Part shown: piece after piece, positions 46,905 through 57,581 of the stretch
How positions within the stretch are numbered: the stretch's first letter is position 1
Layout of the letters: every line of letters begins with the position of its first letter
NCBI GenBank assembly: GCA_041690595.1
Contig: JAWLHB010000007.1
Coordinates: 186,001 to 250,000, forward strand
Source of the DNA: Lentisphaeria bacterium
Lineage (GTDB): Bacteria; Verrucomicrobiota; Lentisphaeria; JABSQK01; JAWLHB01
Direction: 5' to 3'
Length of the DNA: 64,000 nucleotides
The notes under the pieces: generated by a model
Seen by the model: the letters and a program-made list of their open reading frames with translations, nothing else
The model's database searches: none
Told to the model about the DNA's origin: nothing
Program-made: the position numbers and the translations under genes

Positions 46905-49460
46905 ATGAGACGGATCTGGATCAGAAGGTGTACGTGGTTTTTCGGCATCGTGGCAGCACTATTTATCAGCGGAGCGATGAGCATGAAGGGGCAGGAGGTT
47001 GCCATTACGAAGAATGGAGAGCCGGCAGCGAGCATTGTCATCGATCGGGATGCGAACCGGGCGGCGCGCTTTGCGGCGCTGGAGCTTCAGCATCATGTGC
47101 AGGCGATCAGTGGGGCGGTTCTGCCGATCGTCCATGATGGTGAGGCGGTGACAGGGCTGCCGATTCTGGTGGGGGAGAGCGCCGCGACCCGCGCGCTTGG
47201 CCTGGAGAGCAGTAGTTTTGGTCGTCAGGAGTACCTGGTGCGAATCGGGCAGGAGAGGATCGTCCTGATGGGGCGCGACCGGGAGGACAAGGGGGAGCCG
47301 AATCTGGACTTTGTTGCGAACCCGAATGCGATACAGAGCTGGCCCTCGGTGTGGCACGAGCAGGGCAGCATGTACGCGGTCTATGATTTTCTGCGGGATC
47401 ATTGTGGGGTGCGCTGGTTCAATCCGACGGATGTGGGCACGGTATATCCGACGGCGGCAACGCTGACAGTGAGCGGGGCGGAGGTACAGCGGAAGCCGTT
47501 CATGTGGTATCGCGGGGGTACCATGATTGGGCAGCCGGAGCGGGTTCAGTGGGGCGGTGGGCTCTGGCGAAGCGGCACCGCGGAGGGAGAGAATTACATG
47601 GAGCTGGGGTATGCGAGTCTTTATGAAGCCCAGTCGCACGTGAATAGCCGGAACCTCGGTCTGCGGGCGCAGAACACGCTCTTCATGCTGCGCCAGAAGG
47701 GCGGGGGAGAACAGGCGCCCTGCAATCATTCCTTCTACAATTTCTATGAACGTTTCCATACCAAGGGGCACGAGAACTTCGAAGCATATCGACCGGAGTT
47801 TTTCGCGCAGGGGTACAGCGGCGAGAAGCCGCCACAGATGTGCTACTCCAACGACGGCTTTGTCGCGCAGGTGGTCACGGACATCCGCAGCTACTTCGAC
47901 AATGGCGGCTATCAGAAGCGGATGAGCGGAATCGGGACACCCGGGTACACGTGGGGCGAGAACTTTTTCGCGCTGGAACCGATGGACAATTCGGCTTTCT
48001 GCAAGTGCGACGCCTGTACCCCCCAGTATGAGCTGGATCGTCCGCGGGCCGAGCAGCACAGCACCTACTGGTTTCGCTTTGTCAATCGGGTTGCCAACGA
48101 GATAGCCAAGTCGCATCCGGATAAGAAGATCACGACGCTGGCGTACATGACGCACGAAGGGCTGCCGACGAACCTGAAGGTTGCCGACAACGTCATCGTC
48201 TACTTCTGTATCTCGGGCAATCGCATGCCGTACTCGCCGCTGCTCGACCGCCAGATGGCGCTGCTGGATGAATGGCACCGGAAGGAGAATGTGCCCATGA
48301 GTCTGTGGCTCTACAATACCTTCCCTTTGGAGATCGCGAACAATGGCAAGTTCTTCTGCTTCCCGGGTTTCTTCGCGCATGAACTGGACAAGCAATTCAA
48401 GCGCTTCCGGGAGTATGAGATCAACGGCATCTTCCACTGCGGCTTCAATGGCGAGGTGGCGAACTACCTCTGCTATCGGCTCATGGATGATCCGGATGCC
48501 GACGTGGATCTGCTTCTCGATGACTATTTCAGCAGCTTCTATGGGCCTGCCGGGGCGGCGCTGAAGAGCTTCTATACGCTGGTCGAAGAGCGCTACTGCA
48601 ATCCGGAGAATTATCCGAAGCAGGGGGACGAGCCGTATGGCGGTCATCAGGACGTGCGCATCGCCTGGAAGCATCTGGGCAATGCGGAGACGATGACGAA
48701 GCTGGCCGAGTACATGGCTGAGGCTCACGCCGCCGCCGTGACCCCGGAGCAGAAGCAGCGTGTGGCGCTCTGGGATCAGGGTGTCTACCAGTACATGAAG
48801 GCGGGTTACGAGAGCTTCAACCGGCGTATGTCCGCCCCCATCCCGGAAGTGATCGCGCCGCGGGTCCCGTTGGCGCAGGGTGATCCGAACGCGGTTTCCT
48901 GGGAGCAGGCCGGCGTGCTGGTGACGACCATGTACGACCGCGGTTCGGAAACGCCGATCCCCTTCAAGGTGACGGGCCGGGTGTGCCACGATGGCGACTA
49001 CCTGTACGTCGAGCTGATCGACCATTGCGATCCGTCAAAGCTGGAAGTCTCGCCCCAGATCGCTTGCTACGATGACTGGGAGGTGATGTTCGCCCACCAG
49101 CGGGCGCAGCCTTTCCGGCAGTACATGTTTGGGCCGACCGCCATGACTCAAGGCCTCTCCTATGGGGAAGTGAACTGGCGGCAGGGGGTAGTGGCGGCGG
49201 AGTATACGGACCATGCCTTCGGCGCAAAGGCCGTCAGCGACACTTCCGGTGAAGGCTGGGTGCTGCGCCTTGCCTTTCCCTTGGAGAAGATGCTGGAGAA
49301 GCCGGTCCTGCCGGGCGAGACGATTTACAGCAATCTCATCCGGGTACGAGGGCCGGCGCTGAACAAGAGCTTCGGTCCCGGCTTCGGAATCGAGAGCTGG
49401 GTCAGTTACATGACGGTGAAGGAGGTCGATCGCGCCGGTGCGATCACCCTCGCGAAGTAA
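46905..49460 (+). CDS. Secreted DUF4838-type protein with C-terminal CBM9-like domain
   Basis: Signal peptide; [50 protein letters not shown]...LRLAFPL. Confidence 0.8.
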   Translation: MRRIWIRRCTWFFGIVAALFISGAMSMKGQEVAITKNGEPAASIVIDRDANRAARFAALELQHHVQAISGAVLPIVHDGEAVTGLPILVGESAATRALGLESSSFGRQEYLVRIGQERIVLMGRDREDKGEPNLDFVANPNAIQSWPSVWHEQGSMYAVYDFLRDHCGVRWFNPTDVGTVYPTAATLTVSGAEVQRKPFMWYRGGTMIGQPERVQWGGGLWRSGTAEGENYMELGYASLYEAQSHVNSRNLGLRAQNTLFMLRQKGGGEQAPCNHSFYNFYERFHTKGHENFEAYRPEFFAQGYSGEKPPQMCYSNDGFVAQVVTDIRSYFDNGGYQKRMSGIGTPGYTWGENFFALEPMDNSAFCKCDACTPQYELDRPRAEQHSTYWFRFVNRVANEIAKSHPDKKITTLAYMTHEGLPTNLKVADNVIVYFCISGNRMPYSPLLDRQMALLDEWHRKENVPMSLWLYNTFPLEIANNGKFFCFPGFFAHELDKQFKRFREYEINGIFHCGFNGEVANYLCYRLMDDPDADVDLLLDDYFSSFYGPAGAALKSFYTLVEERYCNPENYPKQGDEPYGGHQDVRIAWKHLGNAETMTKLAEYMAEAHAAAVTPEQKQRVALWDQGVYQYMKAGYESFNRRMSAPIPEVIAPRVPLAQGDPNAVSWEQAGVLVTTMYDRGSETPIPFKVTGRVCHDGDYLYVELIDHCDPSKLEVSPQIACYDDWEVMFAHQRAQPFRQYMFGPTAMTQGLSYGEVNWRQGVVAAEYTDHAFGAKAVSDTSGEGWVLRLAFPLEKMLEKPVLPGETIYSNLIRVRGPALNKSFGPGFGIESWVSYMTVKEVDRAGAITLAK

Positions 49461-49536
49461 CCATTTGCCGATGCTTCAACCCGATCCGGCGCCGAGGGCA
49501 CCGCGCTCTCCGCGCCGGATCATAGTGGAGACGATA

Positions 49537-50256
49537 ATGATGCATGCTTCCATTCGGTTTCGCTTCACCCTGATCGAGCTGCTGGTCGTGGTGGCGATTA
49601 TTGCCATCCTTGCATCGTTGCTGTTGCCGGCGCTGAGTCAGGCCCGTGCCATGGCGAAGAGCACGCAATGCATCAACAAACTGAAACAGATGGGAATGGG
49701 GTGCGCCATGTACATCGGCGAGTGGGACGGCTACTTTCTGGATGGTTCTCCCTGCCCCATGCTTCCTGAGGCGATCCATCCATACCAGCCTTATAACTGG
49801 ATGCGTCGGCTGGCGGAGTATCTAAGCCTGCCGGACAAGAACCGGCTCAAGCCGGTGGAAGACAAGGCGAAGACCTTCACCTGTCCGCAGGAGCCTGCCG
49901 GGGAGTTTAACGGCAATTATCCATCGTGGCACATCAATCAGTTCATCGCCAGCTTCGGCAGTCCCGGAAGCTTTAAGGCGGATCGCCCGCGCAAGGCGGA
50001 CTCGATCACGTTGCCTTCGGCCAAGGTTTACTTTGGCGGCGGCACCATCAACAGCGCCTTCTATCACGGCTTCTTCTATCCGTCTTACCTGACGACCGGC
50101 CAGTTGGAGATGCGCCATCCGGGCAGCAAGGTCAACATCCTCTTTGTCGATCTTCATGCGGGCTCCTTTGGGGCGCCGCCTCTGCCATCGGCGGCGAACG
50201 TGCCGCTTGCCAGCAAATGGCTCATCGAAGGCCATGGAGCGGCGCCAGGACTGTGA
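49537..50256 (+). CDS. Prepilin-type N-terminal / H-X9-DG-like domain protein #3
   Basis: [62 protein letters not shown]. Confidence 0.9.
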   Translation: MMHASIRFRFTLIELLVVVAIIAILASLLLPALSQARAMAKSTQCINKLKQMGMGCAMYIGEWDGYFLDGSPCPMLPEAIHPYQPYNWMRRLAEYLSLPDKNRLKPVEDKAKTFTCPQEPAGEFNGNYPSWHINQFIASFGSPGSFKADRPRKADSITLPSAKVYFGGGTINSAFYHGFFYPSYLTTGQLEMRHPGSKVNILFVDLHAGSFGAPPLPSAANVPLASKWLIEGHGAAPGL

Positions 50257-50270
50257 GCTGTCGATCGCGC

Positions 50271-53200
50271 TTATTTGTCTGCCATGGCTTGCAGTCCCGC
50301 ACGAAAGCGCGCCGCGATTTCGGTAGCGGTAAGGGCGCGATCGTAGAGGGAGACTTCATCCATCATCCCGCGGAACTGGAGGTGACGTACGTTGGTGTGT
50401 GGCAGGCCCAGGCGCAGGGCTCCCGCCATGCGGCGGAGGGGCACGCGGATGGGCTCACGGGAGGTGCCGGCATGGCGGCCATTGACGTAGGCCAGCAGCC
50501 GCTGACCATCGAAGACACCCACGACGTGCTGCCATTCGCCGGGAGTGAAGGCGCGCCGCTGAGCGTAGAGGTACTCCTGCTTTCCCTCCTGGGGATTGGC
50601 GCTCAACCAGAGGAGATTGCCTGGCCGCAGGTGCACATCGAAGGTATCGCCGGGGGCGCTGAAAAGACGGGGATAGCTGGGCTGCTCCGGCTGCGTGGTG
50701 GCGGCGGCGGTTTGTATCCAGGCTTCGAAGGTGAAGGGGGGACCGGCCTGTGGCGGGGCATCGTCGAGGCCGACCGCGGTTTCGATATCCGCCATCGCGT
50801 CGTCCGGGGTCACCTCGGCTCCGGCGAAGGTCTCGATTCCCTGGACTTCGATCCAGGCAGCGCGTTGGTCAACGGGAAAGAGGATGCCGCGGCCGAAGGG
50901 GCTGTCGCAGCGGGTAATGGGTCCATGGATGGTGCCATGATGGTTGTTGCCGGAGCTGTCGAGGACGGATTCGCCATCGTCTTCGAAGCGCCAGCGCGCG
51001 ACGAGCCCGGGGCCATCGGCATTACTGGTGGGTGGGGGCGCGGGGTCGAGGCTGATGCGGGCATAGCGGGGAGCATGATCGTATCCGGCGAAGGTGGGGA
51101 CCCAGATGGGCTGGTCTGGATCGCCGGGAGAGCGCCTGGCCGCGTTGAGCAACAGGGCGCCGCCGGGGCGAAGTCCGTCCGCCGTCAGCTCCGCCAGGGG
51201 GATGGCGGCGTAGAGTTCCCAGCCATCCTCGGTGACCGTCGAACCCGTGGAGGTTGCATCCAGACGGAACTCTCGCACCTCGCCATCGGTCTTGGCGGCC
51301 GTCAGCACCTGCCAGTAATCGTCCTTGGTGGGTGCGGCGCCTTTCTCAGTGAGTCGCACGTAGAGGAACTCGTCATCGTGGGTGATGCGTCCGATGATCT
51401 GGCGTTGAGATGCTTCGCAGGCGAGCCCGGTCCAGCGCATCATGGGGGTGGCATCGTGCCAGTCTACCCGCCGCGGATCGTGATCGGGCACCGGCTCGAA
51501 GACGAATGGCGAGGAGAGGTGGGGCACGCTGTACCACCCCTTCATCTGCTCTTCGTATTGGGCTTTTCCCTGCTCCAGGTACTGCCAGACGGCCAGGTCG
51601 AAGAGCTGGAATCGATCCTGCTGGATTGGACTGGCATCGAGTATGGCGACCCGTGCCTGATCCATGATGGTCCGCAGTTCCGCCATGCGTGGGCCTGTTC
51701 CGAGCCACGCCCAGGCGATGATCTGATGCTGATGCCCATTGAAGTTGGGCGGGTAGCTTGTCGGATCGCAGTAGATTTGCTCGATACGCTCGTAGAGTTG
51801 ACGCAGCGGCTTGCCTGCCGGTCCGTAGCCGCGGGTGAAATACTCGTCGAGGAGGTGATCTATATCGAGGGTCACGTCGTCGAGGAGGGCGAAGGTGACG
51901 TATGCCTCGACGTCTTGACCGAAGCCGTTCATGAAGAAGCCGCGGACGCCCGACTGGTGAAAGTACTTGAATTCGCTGGCGATGGTGTGGGCGAAGAAGC
52001 CCGGAAAGACGTGCCAGCTCGGCTTCTCGCCACGATTGGCCATTTCCGTGGGGAAGCAGTAGTAGAGCCACATGTAGAGAGGATGATCTTGGGCCGCCCA
52101 CTCGGCGAAGAGACGGTGTTCATGCTCCCAGCTCTCCCGCGCGTAGGGTGCACGGATATGCATGCAGTACTGCACGTCGATGTTGGAAGCCAGGGTAAGG
52201 TCGCGGGGATAGGCCGCATACTGAGAGTAGGCGAGGGCCGCGACGCGTTTCCCGGGATACGCTTCGCCCACGGCCTCGGCGGTCCGGTTGATCACTGGCC
52301 AGACCAGATCGCTAGCGATTCCATTGGCAAAGGTGTAGGGCTCCTCGAGCGGCCGCAGCCTGGCCTGACAGTCCGCGCACTCGCAGTAACCGCCGTTATC
52401 CATCGGCACCACGGCGTATCGCTCCGTTCCCCAAAATTGGTTGCGGTCCGCGAGCGGCTGTCCGCTGTTGGGGTTCAGGGGGGTACCGCCGAACCAGGCC
52501 AGCGCGTCGTCCACAATCTGTTGCTGGACGGCTGGATTGGTGTAGCAGGGCTGCTGGGGGCGGCCCAGGTTGTCGAGCGTCTTGGCGAACCAGTCCGGAC
52601 GCTCCTCCACGAAGATATCGGGATTGCGCGGGTTTTGCTTCCAGAAGCGGTCGTAGAAGTTGTAGAGGGAGTGGTTGGCGCTGAAGAAATCTCCCCCGAC
52701 CCGTTTGCGGTACAGGAAGGCACGGTGCGTTCCGCGCTTGGCCCAATTCTGGTAGGTGTGCTCGTGGGTGAACTGTTCGCGCATGCGTGGGTAGGCCGCG
52801 GCTTCATAGGCGGCGAAGCCATCCGATGCCGGATGCCAGAGCGAGGTGAAGGAGTCGTACCATTGGCTGTGAACGAGGGTGAAGACGTTGCGGGTGGGGA
52901 AGGAGGGTTGACGGCGAACCTCCATCTCCTCGACGATGAGTGTGCGGCGGGGCTCGAAGTCGGTTCCTACCTCGACAGGCGACAGCCAGCGAATGCCGCA
53001 GCCACGCTCCAGAAAGTCGTAGACCGCCCAGAGGGTGGCCTTTCGATCCCAGAAGCCCGGCCAGGTGGTGATGTCATAGATCTCATGCGCACCATGTTTG
53101 ACGCGGTAGCTGACTTTTTCGTGGTCGGGGGCGTCCCGGCCGGCCAGCAGCAGCTCGTTCGGCGTCACCCGCACCAAGTATTCCTGGTCCTCGAAAACTT

Positions 53201-53441
53201 CGGTGTCGATGCCATGGCCGATGCGTATCGGCAGCAGCTCCTGAGGTTCCTCATGGAGGATCGGCAACTGGGCGCCGGTGATCAGGAAGATGTGTGCCTG
53301 CAGTTCATAGGCGGCCAACTGCGCGGCCTTCGTCGGCTCCTCTTCCAGCACGATTGCCGCGCGGACCGCGCCCTCCTCGACCAAGGTCAACCCATGAAGC
53401 AGGGGGCAGAGCAGCAACAGCACGGACATCAGCTTTTTCAT
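50271..53441 (-). CDS. Secreted DUF4838-type protein + CBM9-like + C-terminal LamG domain
   Basis: Signal peptide; TLWAVYDFLERGCGIRW, NHSLY, PCYTN, YCECADC; LVARWRFE...WQHVVGVFDG...FRGMMDEV. Confidence 0.82.
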   Translation of the reverse strand: MKKLMSVLLLLCPLLHGLTLVEEGAVRAAIVLEEEPTKAAQLAAYELQAHIFLITGAQLPILHEEPQELLPIRIGHGIDTEVFEDQEYLVRVTPNELLLAGRDAPDHEKVSYRVKHGAHEIYDITTWPGFWDRKATLWAVYDFLERGCGIRWLSPVEVGTDFEPRRTLIVEEMEVRRQPSFPTRNVFTLVHSQWYDSFTSLWHPASDGFAAYEAAAYPRMREQFTHEHTYQNWAKRGTHRAFLYRKRVGGDFFSANHSLYNFYDRFWKQNPRNPDIFVEERPDWFAKTLDNLGRPQQPCYTNPAVQQQIVDDALAWFGGTPLNPNSGQPLADRNQFWGTERYAVVPMDNGGYCECADCQARLRPLEEPYTFANGIASDLVWPVINRTAEAVGEAYPGKRVAALAYSQYAAYPRDLTLASNIDVQYCMHIRAPYARESWEHEHRLFAEWAAQDHPLYMWLYYCFPTEMANRGEKPSWHVFPGFFAHTIASEFKYFHQSGVRGFFMNGFGQDVEAYVTFALLDDVTLDIDHLLDEYFTRGYGPAGKPLRQLYERIEQIYCDPTSYPPNFNGHQHQIIAWAWLGTGPRMAELRTIMDQARVAILDASPIQQDRFQLFDLAVWQYLEQGKAQYEEQMKGWYSVPHLSSPFVFEPVPDHDPRRVDWHDATPMMRWTGLACEASQRQIIGRITHDDEFLYVRLTEKGAAPTKDDYWQVLTAAKTDGEVREFRLDATSTGSTVTEDGWELYAAIPLAELTADGLRPGGALLLNAARRSPGDPDQPIWVPTFAGYDHAPRYARISLDPAPPPTSNADGPGLVARWRFEDDGESVLDSSGNNHHGTIHGPITRCDSPFGRGILFPVDQRAAWIEVQGIETFAGAEVTPDDAMADIETAVGLDDAPPQAGPPFTFEAWIQTAAATTQPEQPSYPRLFSAPGDTFDVHLRPGNLLWLSANPQEGKQEYLYAQRRAFTPGEWQHVVGVFDGQRLLAYVNGRHAGTSREPIRVPLRRMAGALRLGLPHTNVRHLQFRGMMDEVSLYDRALTATEIAARFRAGLQAMADK

Positions 53442-53498
53442 TCTCTTCTCCTCATCACTTATGCCTTGAAGGACGCTTGTGAAATGTCGGTAGCCCTA

Positions 53499-53518
53499 TA
53501 TAGTCTACGTAGACTCTA
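53499..53518. promoter_or_regulatory. Perfect 14-bp palindrome AGTCTACGTAGACT (53502-53515), candidate LacI operator in divergent promoter
   Basis: TATAGTCTACGTAGACTCTA (18/20 self-complementary), central CG as in LacI operators, overlaps a TATAGT -10-like element. Confidence 0.7.
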
Positions 53519-53542
53519 CATGATTACAAGTTGGGGATGGAA

Positions 53543-54574
53543 ATGGCACTATCGGTGAATCAGACGCACTTGGCGCAGCGTCTCGGCCTCTCGCAACGGG
53601 CCGTGAGCAAAGCACTGCGCGGGCAGCCGGGCGTTTCCGAGGCTACGCGGGCGAGGGTGATGGCGATGGCTCAGGAATGCGGCTACCGCCCCAACCGTCT
53701 GGCCCGCGCGCTAGCGGACGGCGCCAGCAAGGTCATCGGCATGCTTACGCCAGCCTTTGGCGGCAGCTATTTCAGCGACCAGATCTTTGCCGCCCAACGT
53801 TACCTCGATGAGCATCAGTACGGGCTGCTGCTCTCGCACTGGCGACAGAACGACCCCACTGATGACAGCGACATCAACATTATGCTCCAGCACCAGGTTG
53901 ACGGCATCCTGAGCATTCCCAAAGCGATTGTTCCATGGAAAGAGTCGATCTACGCGGAGTTGGCGGAGCAGCAGGTCAGCATCGTCTGCATCGGTCAGGA
54001 GGTTCCCCTGCCGGGATTCTGCTCCGTCTGTTCGGACGATCTGAACGGCAGTCGGCGCGCTACCGAGTTTCTGCTGCGGCTTGGTCACCGTCATGCTGTT
54101 TATATCGGACCGCTGGCTCCCCTCTCCTCGTCGCAGATCCTGCGCCGTCAAGGTTATGAAGAGGTGATGGTTGCCGCGAGTTTGACGCCAGTTGCGGTCG
54201 AGACTGGTGTGGGAGATCACGGCAGCAGCATGCGTGATGCGGTTATCGCTACGGTCATCAAACGGCCTGAGGTTACCGCCATCATCTGCTACAACGATAC
54301 GGACGCGCTGCATGCAATAGATGCGCTGCATGGGATGGATCTTTCGGTGCCGGAAGATATTTCGGTGGTGGGCTTCGGTAACGATCTCCCTTATCCCGAG
54401 CACATGCAGGTGCCCCTCACCACCGTCAATCAATCGGCCGAAAGCTTGGGCCGTCTTGCCGCTACACAGCTTCTGCGTATGATCGCGGGCGAAGATGTCA
54501 GCGGCACTCATCTCGTTCCCACGGAGTTGGTCATCCGCCGAAGCACCGCCAAGCCAGTAGACCGGGGCGCTTGA
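53543..54574 (+). CDS. LacI-family transcriptional regulator
   Basis: LAQRLGLSQRAVSKALRG...YRPNRLARAL; GHRH, VPEDISVVGFGN, LTTV. Confidence 0.93.
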   Translation: MALSVNQTHLAQRLGLSQRAVSKALRGQPGVSEATRARVMAMAQECGYRPNRLARALADGASKVIGMLTPAFGGSYFSDQIFAAQRYLDEHQYGLLLSHWRQNDPTDDSDINIMLQHQVDGILSIPKAIVPWKESIYAELAEQQVSIVCIGQEVPLPGFCSVCSDDLNGSRRATEFLLRLGHRHAVYIGPLAPLSSSQILRRQGYEEVMVAASLTPVAVETGVGDHGSSMRDAVIATVIKRPEVTAIICYNDTDALHAIDALHGMDLSVPEDISVVGFGNDLPYPEHMQVPLTTVNQSAESLGRLAATQLLRMIAGEDVSGTHLVPTELVIRRSTAKPVDRGA

Positions 54575-54729
54575 GCATAGGGGCGAGGTGGACTTGACGC
54601 GATGAAGGGGATTTTGTTGGAATGAGGCGTTTTTTTCGTGGGGTCTGTTATACTATGCGTGATTGCTGGTGCGGTGAAGGCAGCGAAACCAAACGTTAAC
54701 GAGCGCGGTGGCGCCGGAGGGGTGAAGGC

Positions 54730-55440
54730 ATGAGTGCAAAGAAGCGGGTACTGCTGTTTGGCGGTGGCGGGGTGCATGACCACAAGACGATCTGCCCTGT
54801 CTTGAAGGGCTATCTGGAGTGTGACGATCGGTATGTGATCGATCACGTGACCGAGGATTACGATGTCCTCCTGGCCTCACGCCTCGAAGGATACGATCTG
54901 CTGGTCATGTATCACACGGGCAAGACGCTGACGACCGAGCAGGCCAGCGGCATGACCGGCGCCGTCGCGGCAGGCATGGGCTTTGTCGGCATCCATGGCG
55001 CGGCCGATTCTTTCAAGACTTCGCCCGAGTATATTGCGATGATCGGGGGTGTCTTCAAGGGACACCCCTTCACCCGCGACTACCTGATCAGCCTCTGCGA
55101 TCCAACCTTTGGCATCGTCGCCGTCCATGACCATCCGATCCTCGAGAAGTTCGAGGGGTACGTGGTGAAGGACTGGGAGAAGTGGCCGGTCTTCGAGTAC
55201 ATGGTCACCGACGAGCAGTACCTGCTGGACTACGATCCGCGCAACAGGATCCTGGCGACGGCGCTCTTCAAGGGTGTGGCGCAGCCGGTAGCGTGGGCGC
55301 GTCAATGGGGCAAGGGACGTGTCTTCTACTCGGCAGTCGGCCATCATCTGCAGGCGATCGAGTCCTACTTCTTTACGACCATCTTCAAAGGTGGTGCTGC
55401 CTGGGCAACGCGTCCGGACGAAGAAGAGGCCACAAAATGA
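54730..55440 (+). CDS. ThuA-like domain protein
   Basis: GMGFVGIHGAADSF, GGVFKGHP, DEQY, GKGRVFYSAVGH. Confidence 0.85.
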   Translation: MSAKKRVLLFGGGGVHDHKTICPVLKGYLECDDRYVIDHVTEDYDVLLASRLEGYDLLVMYHTGKTLTTEQASGMTGAVAAGMGFVGIHGAADSFKTSPEYIAMIGGVFKGHPFTRDYLISLCDPTFGIVAVHDHPILEKFEGYVVKDWEKWPVFEYMVTDEQYLLDYDPRNRILATALFKGVAQPVAWARQWGKGRVFYSAVGHHLQAIESYFFTTIFKGGAAWATRPDEEEATK

Positions 55441-56546
55441 GTGCCGGCGTCAGGGAGAGCTCCCGGTCGGCGATCGACGCCATCCTGCGCGGACGCCATG
55501 CGTCATTCGTGCCCCTGCACGACGCGCCGTGGTCGGATACCGTCGACAAATGGGTGAAGCAGGGCATGCCTACCGATGCGAATGGGAAGGCCGTGAACGC
55601 GGAAGACCATTTTGGCTTCGACATGGCCGGCTGCGGTGGCTGGTTCAAGTGGCAGGCCGTCTATGACCGCGAGGTCATTCTGGAAGAGAACGAGCAGTGG
55701 AAGATTGTGCGCAATGGCAACGGGGCGGTGCTGAAGTGGTGGAAGACCCACTCCGGAACGCCCGAGCATATCGACTTCCACATGAGCAGCCGGGCGATCT
55801 GGGAACGGGACTATCGGCCCAAGCTGGTGGACTTCGATCCCAAGCGGGTCGACGTGGAAGGGGCGCGCAAGAACCTAGCGCTACGGCGGGGGCAGGAGAA
55901 GTGGACCTACTTCGGACATCAGTTCATCTGGGAATGCCTTCGGGCCTCCCTCGGTGATGTGGCCATGTACATGGCCCTGATCGAAGATCCCGAATGGATC
56001 CACGACTTCAATCGCGTCCACACGGATATGTGGAAGAGCTGCTATGCGTACCTCTTCGAGCAGGTGGGCAAGCCCGACGGCGTCTGGGTCTATGAGGATC
56101 TGGGCTACCGCGACAAGCTCTTCTGCAGCCCGAAGGTTCTGGCGGAGGTCATCTTTCCCTATTATGCGGAGCTGGTCGACTTCTTCCATGGCTACGACTT
56201 ACCGGTGGTGCTGCATTCCTGCGGCTACCAGGCGCCGATGATCCCGCTAGCCATCGAAGCCGGCTTCGACGGCCTGAACCCGATGGAGGTCAAGGCCGGC
56301 AACGACATCTTCGCCTATGCGGAAAAGTACGGCGACAAGCTGGCCTTTGTCGGAGGTTTCGACGCCGTGATCCTCGAAAGCAGCGATCGCGAGCTGATCC
56401 GGCGGCGCGTTATCGACTTCATGGTGGGCATGAAGAAGCGGGGCGCCCGCTTCGTTTACGGCTCCGACCATTCGCTCTCCACCAATATCGACTACGACGA
56501 CTTCCTTTACAGTCTGGAAGTCTATCGAGAGCTGGCTGAGTATTGA
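55437..56546 (+). CDS. Uroporphyrinogen decarboxylase-like (URO-D/MtaA) protein
   Basis: YEDLG, LHSCG, LNPMEVKAG, AFVGGFD, GSDHS; ATGA overlap with the ThuA gene. Confidence 0.85.
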   Translation: MSAGVRESSRSAIDAILRGRHASFVPLHDAPWSDTVDKWVKQGMPTDANGKAVNAEDHFGFDMAGCGGWFKWQAVYDREVILEENEQWKIVRNGNGAVLKWWKTHSGTPEHIDFHMSSRAIWERDYRPKLVDFDPKRVDVEGARKNLALRRGQEKWTYFGHQFIWECLRASLGDVAMYMALIEDPEWIHDFNRVHTDMWKSCYAYLFEQVGKPDGVWVYEDLGYRDKLFCSPKVLAEVIFPYYAELVDFFHGYDLPVVLHSCGYQAPMIPLAIEAGFDGLNPMEVKAGNDIFAYAEKYGDKLAFVGGFDAVILESSDRELIRRRVIDFMVGMKKRGARFVYGSDHSLSTNIDYDDFLYSLEVYRELAEY

Positions 56547-56581
56547 CCCGGCCGGCAAGTATCAACCTGAGGAATACAGAG

Positions 56582-57568
56582 ATGAAGAAGATCAGATGGG
56601 GCATCCTTGGATGCGGTAACATTGCCAAGAAGTTCGCCGCGGGGCTGACCGTGATCCCCGACGCGGAGCTGGTTGCGGTCGGTTCGCGCAGTCAGGAAAA
56701 GGCCGATGCGTTTGCCAATGAGTTCGGGGCAACTCGGCGCCATGCCAGCTATGAAGCACTGGCCGCGGATGCACAGGTCGACGCCATCTATGTCGCCACG
56801 CCGCACGTCTTCCACCGGGAGAACTCGATTCTCTGCATGGAGCACGGCAAGGCGGTCCTCTGCGAGAAGCCCATCAGCATCAATGCTGCCGATACGCAGG
56901 CCATGATCGACAGCGCCCGCGCCAACAAGGTCTTCCTGATGGAAGCCATGTGGACCCGCTTCCTGCCGACCATGACCAAGCTGCGCGAGCTGCTGGCCGC
57001 TGGAACTATCGGCGACGTTCGCATGATCATCGCGGATTTCGGCTTCCGCTCCGGCTTCAATCCGCAAGGGCGCCTCTTCGACCCGGCCCTCGGCGGCGGT
57101 GGGCTCCTCGACGTCGGCGTCTATTCCGTCTCTTTCACCTCCATGGTGATGGGCGGCAAAGCGCCGCTCGGCGTCGTCAGCCAGGCGGAGATCGGCGCGA
57201 CCGGCATCGATGAACAGGCCGCCTGGATTCTCAACTACGAGGATGCCAGGCTCGGTATCGGCTATTCGGCCGTGCGCACGGGGACGCCCCATGAGGCGAC
57301 GGTCCTCGGCACCGATGGCCGCATTCGTGCCGAAGCTCCCTTCTGGTCCGGCGAGCAGCTCACCGTTACCGCTGGCGGCAAGACCGAGACGCTCACCCTG
57401 CCGAAGGTAGGCAACGGCTACAACTACCAGGCTGTGGAAGTCATGAACTGCCTGCGCGCCGGCAAGTTGGAAAGCGAGATCATGCCATTGGCGGAGTCGC
57501 TCCAGATCCAGCAGACCATGGAGCGCATTCGTGCTCCGTGGGGACTCGTTTACCCCAGCGAAAAGTGA
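56582..57568 (+). CDS. Gfo/Idh/MocA oxidoreductase
   Basis: WGILGCGNIA, IYVATPH, LCEKP, MEAMWTRF, GGGLLDVGVY. Confidence 0.92.
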   Translation: MKKIRWGILGCGNIAKKFAAGLTVIPDAELVAVGSRSQEKADAFANEFGATRRHASYEALAADAQVDAIYVATPHVFHRENSILCMEHGKAVLCEKPISINAADTQAMIDSARANKVFLMEAMWTRFLPTMTKLRELLAAGTIGDVRMIIADFGFRSGFNPQGRLFDPALGGGGLLDVGVYSVSFTSMVMGGKAPLGVVSQAEIGATGIDEQAAWILNYEDARLGIGYSAVRTGTPHEATVLGTDGRIRAEAPFWSGEQLTVTAGGKTETLTLPKVGNGYNYQAVEVMNCLRAGKLESEIMPLAESLQIQQTMERIRAPWGLVYPSEK

Positions 57569-57581
57569 AAGGATAGCCCGC

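Noticed and set aside
50217..53558. 1113-aa plus-strand ORF (likewise 12210-14645, 33256-34989, 46959-49025 and similar)
   Set aside because: Stop-free antisense frames of well-supported genes; no recognisable motifs.
55182..55436. Upstream extension of the URO-D-like ORF
   Set aside because: Overlaps the ThuA gene; the ATGA coupling at 55437 is the better start.
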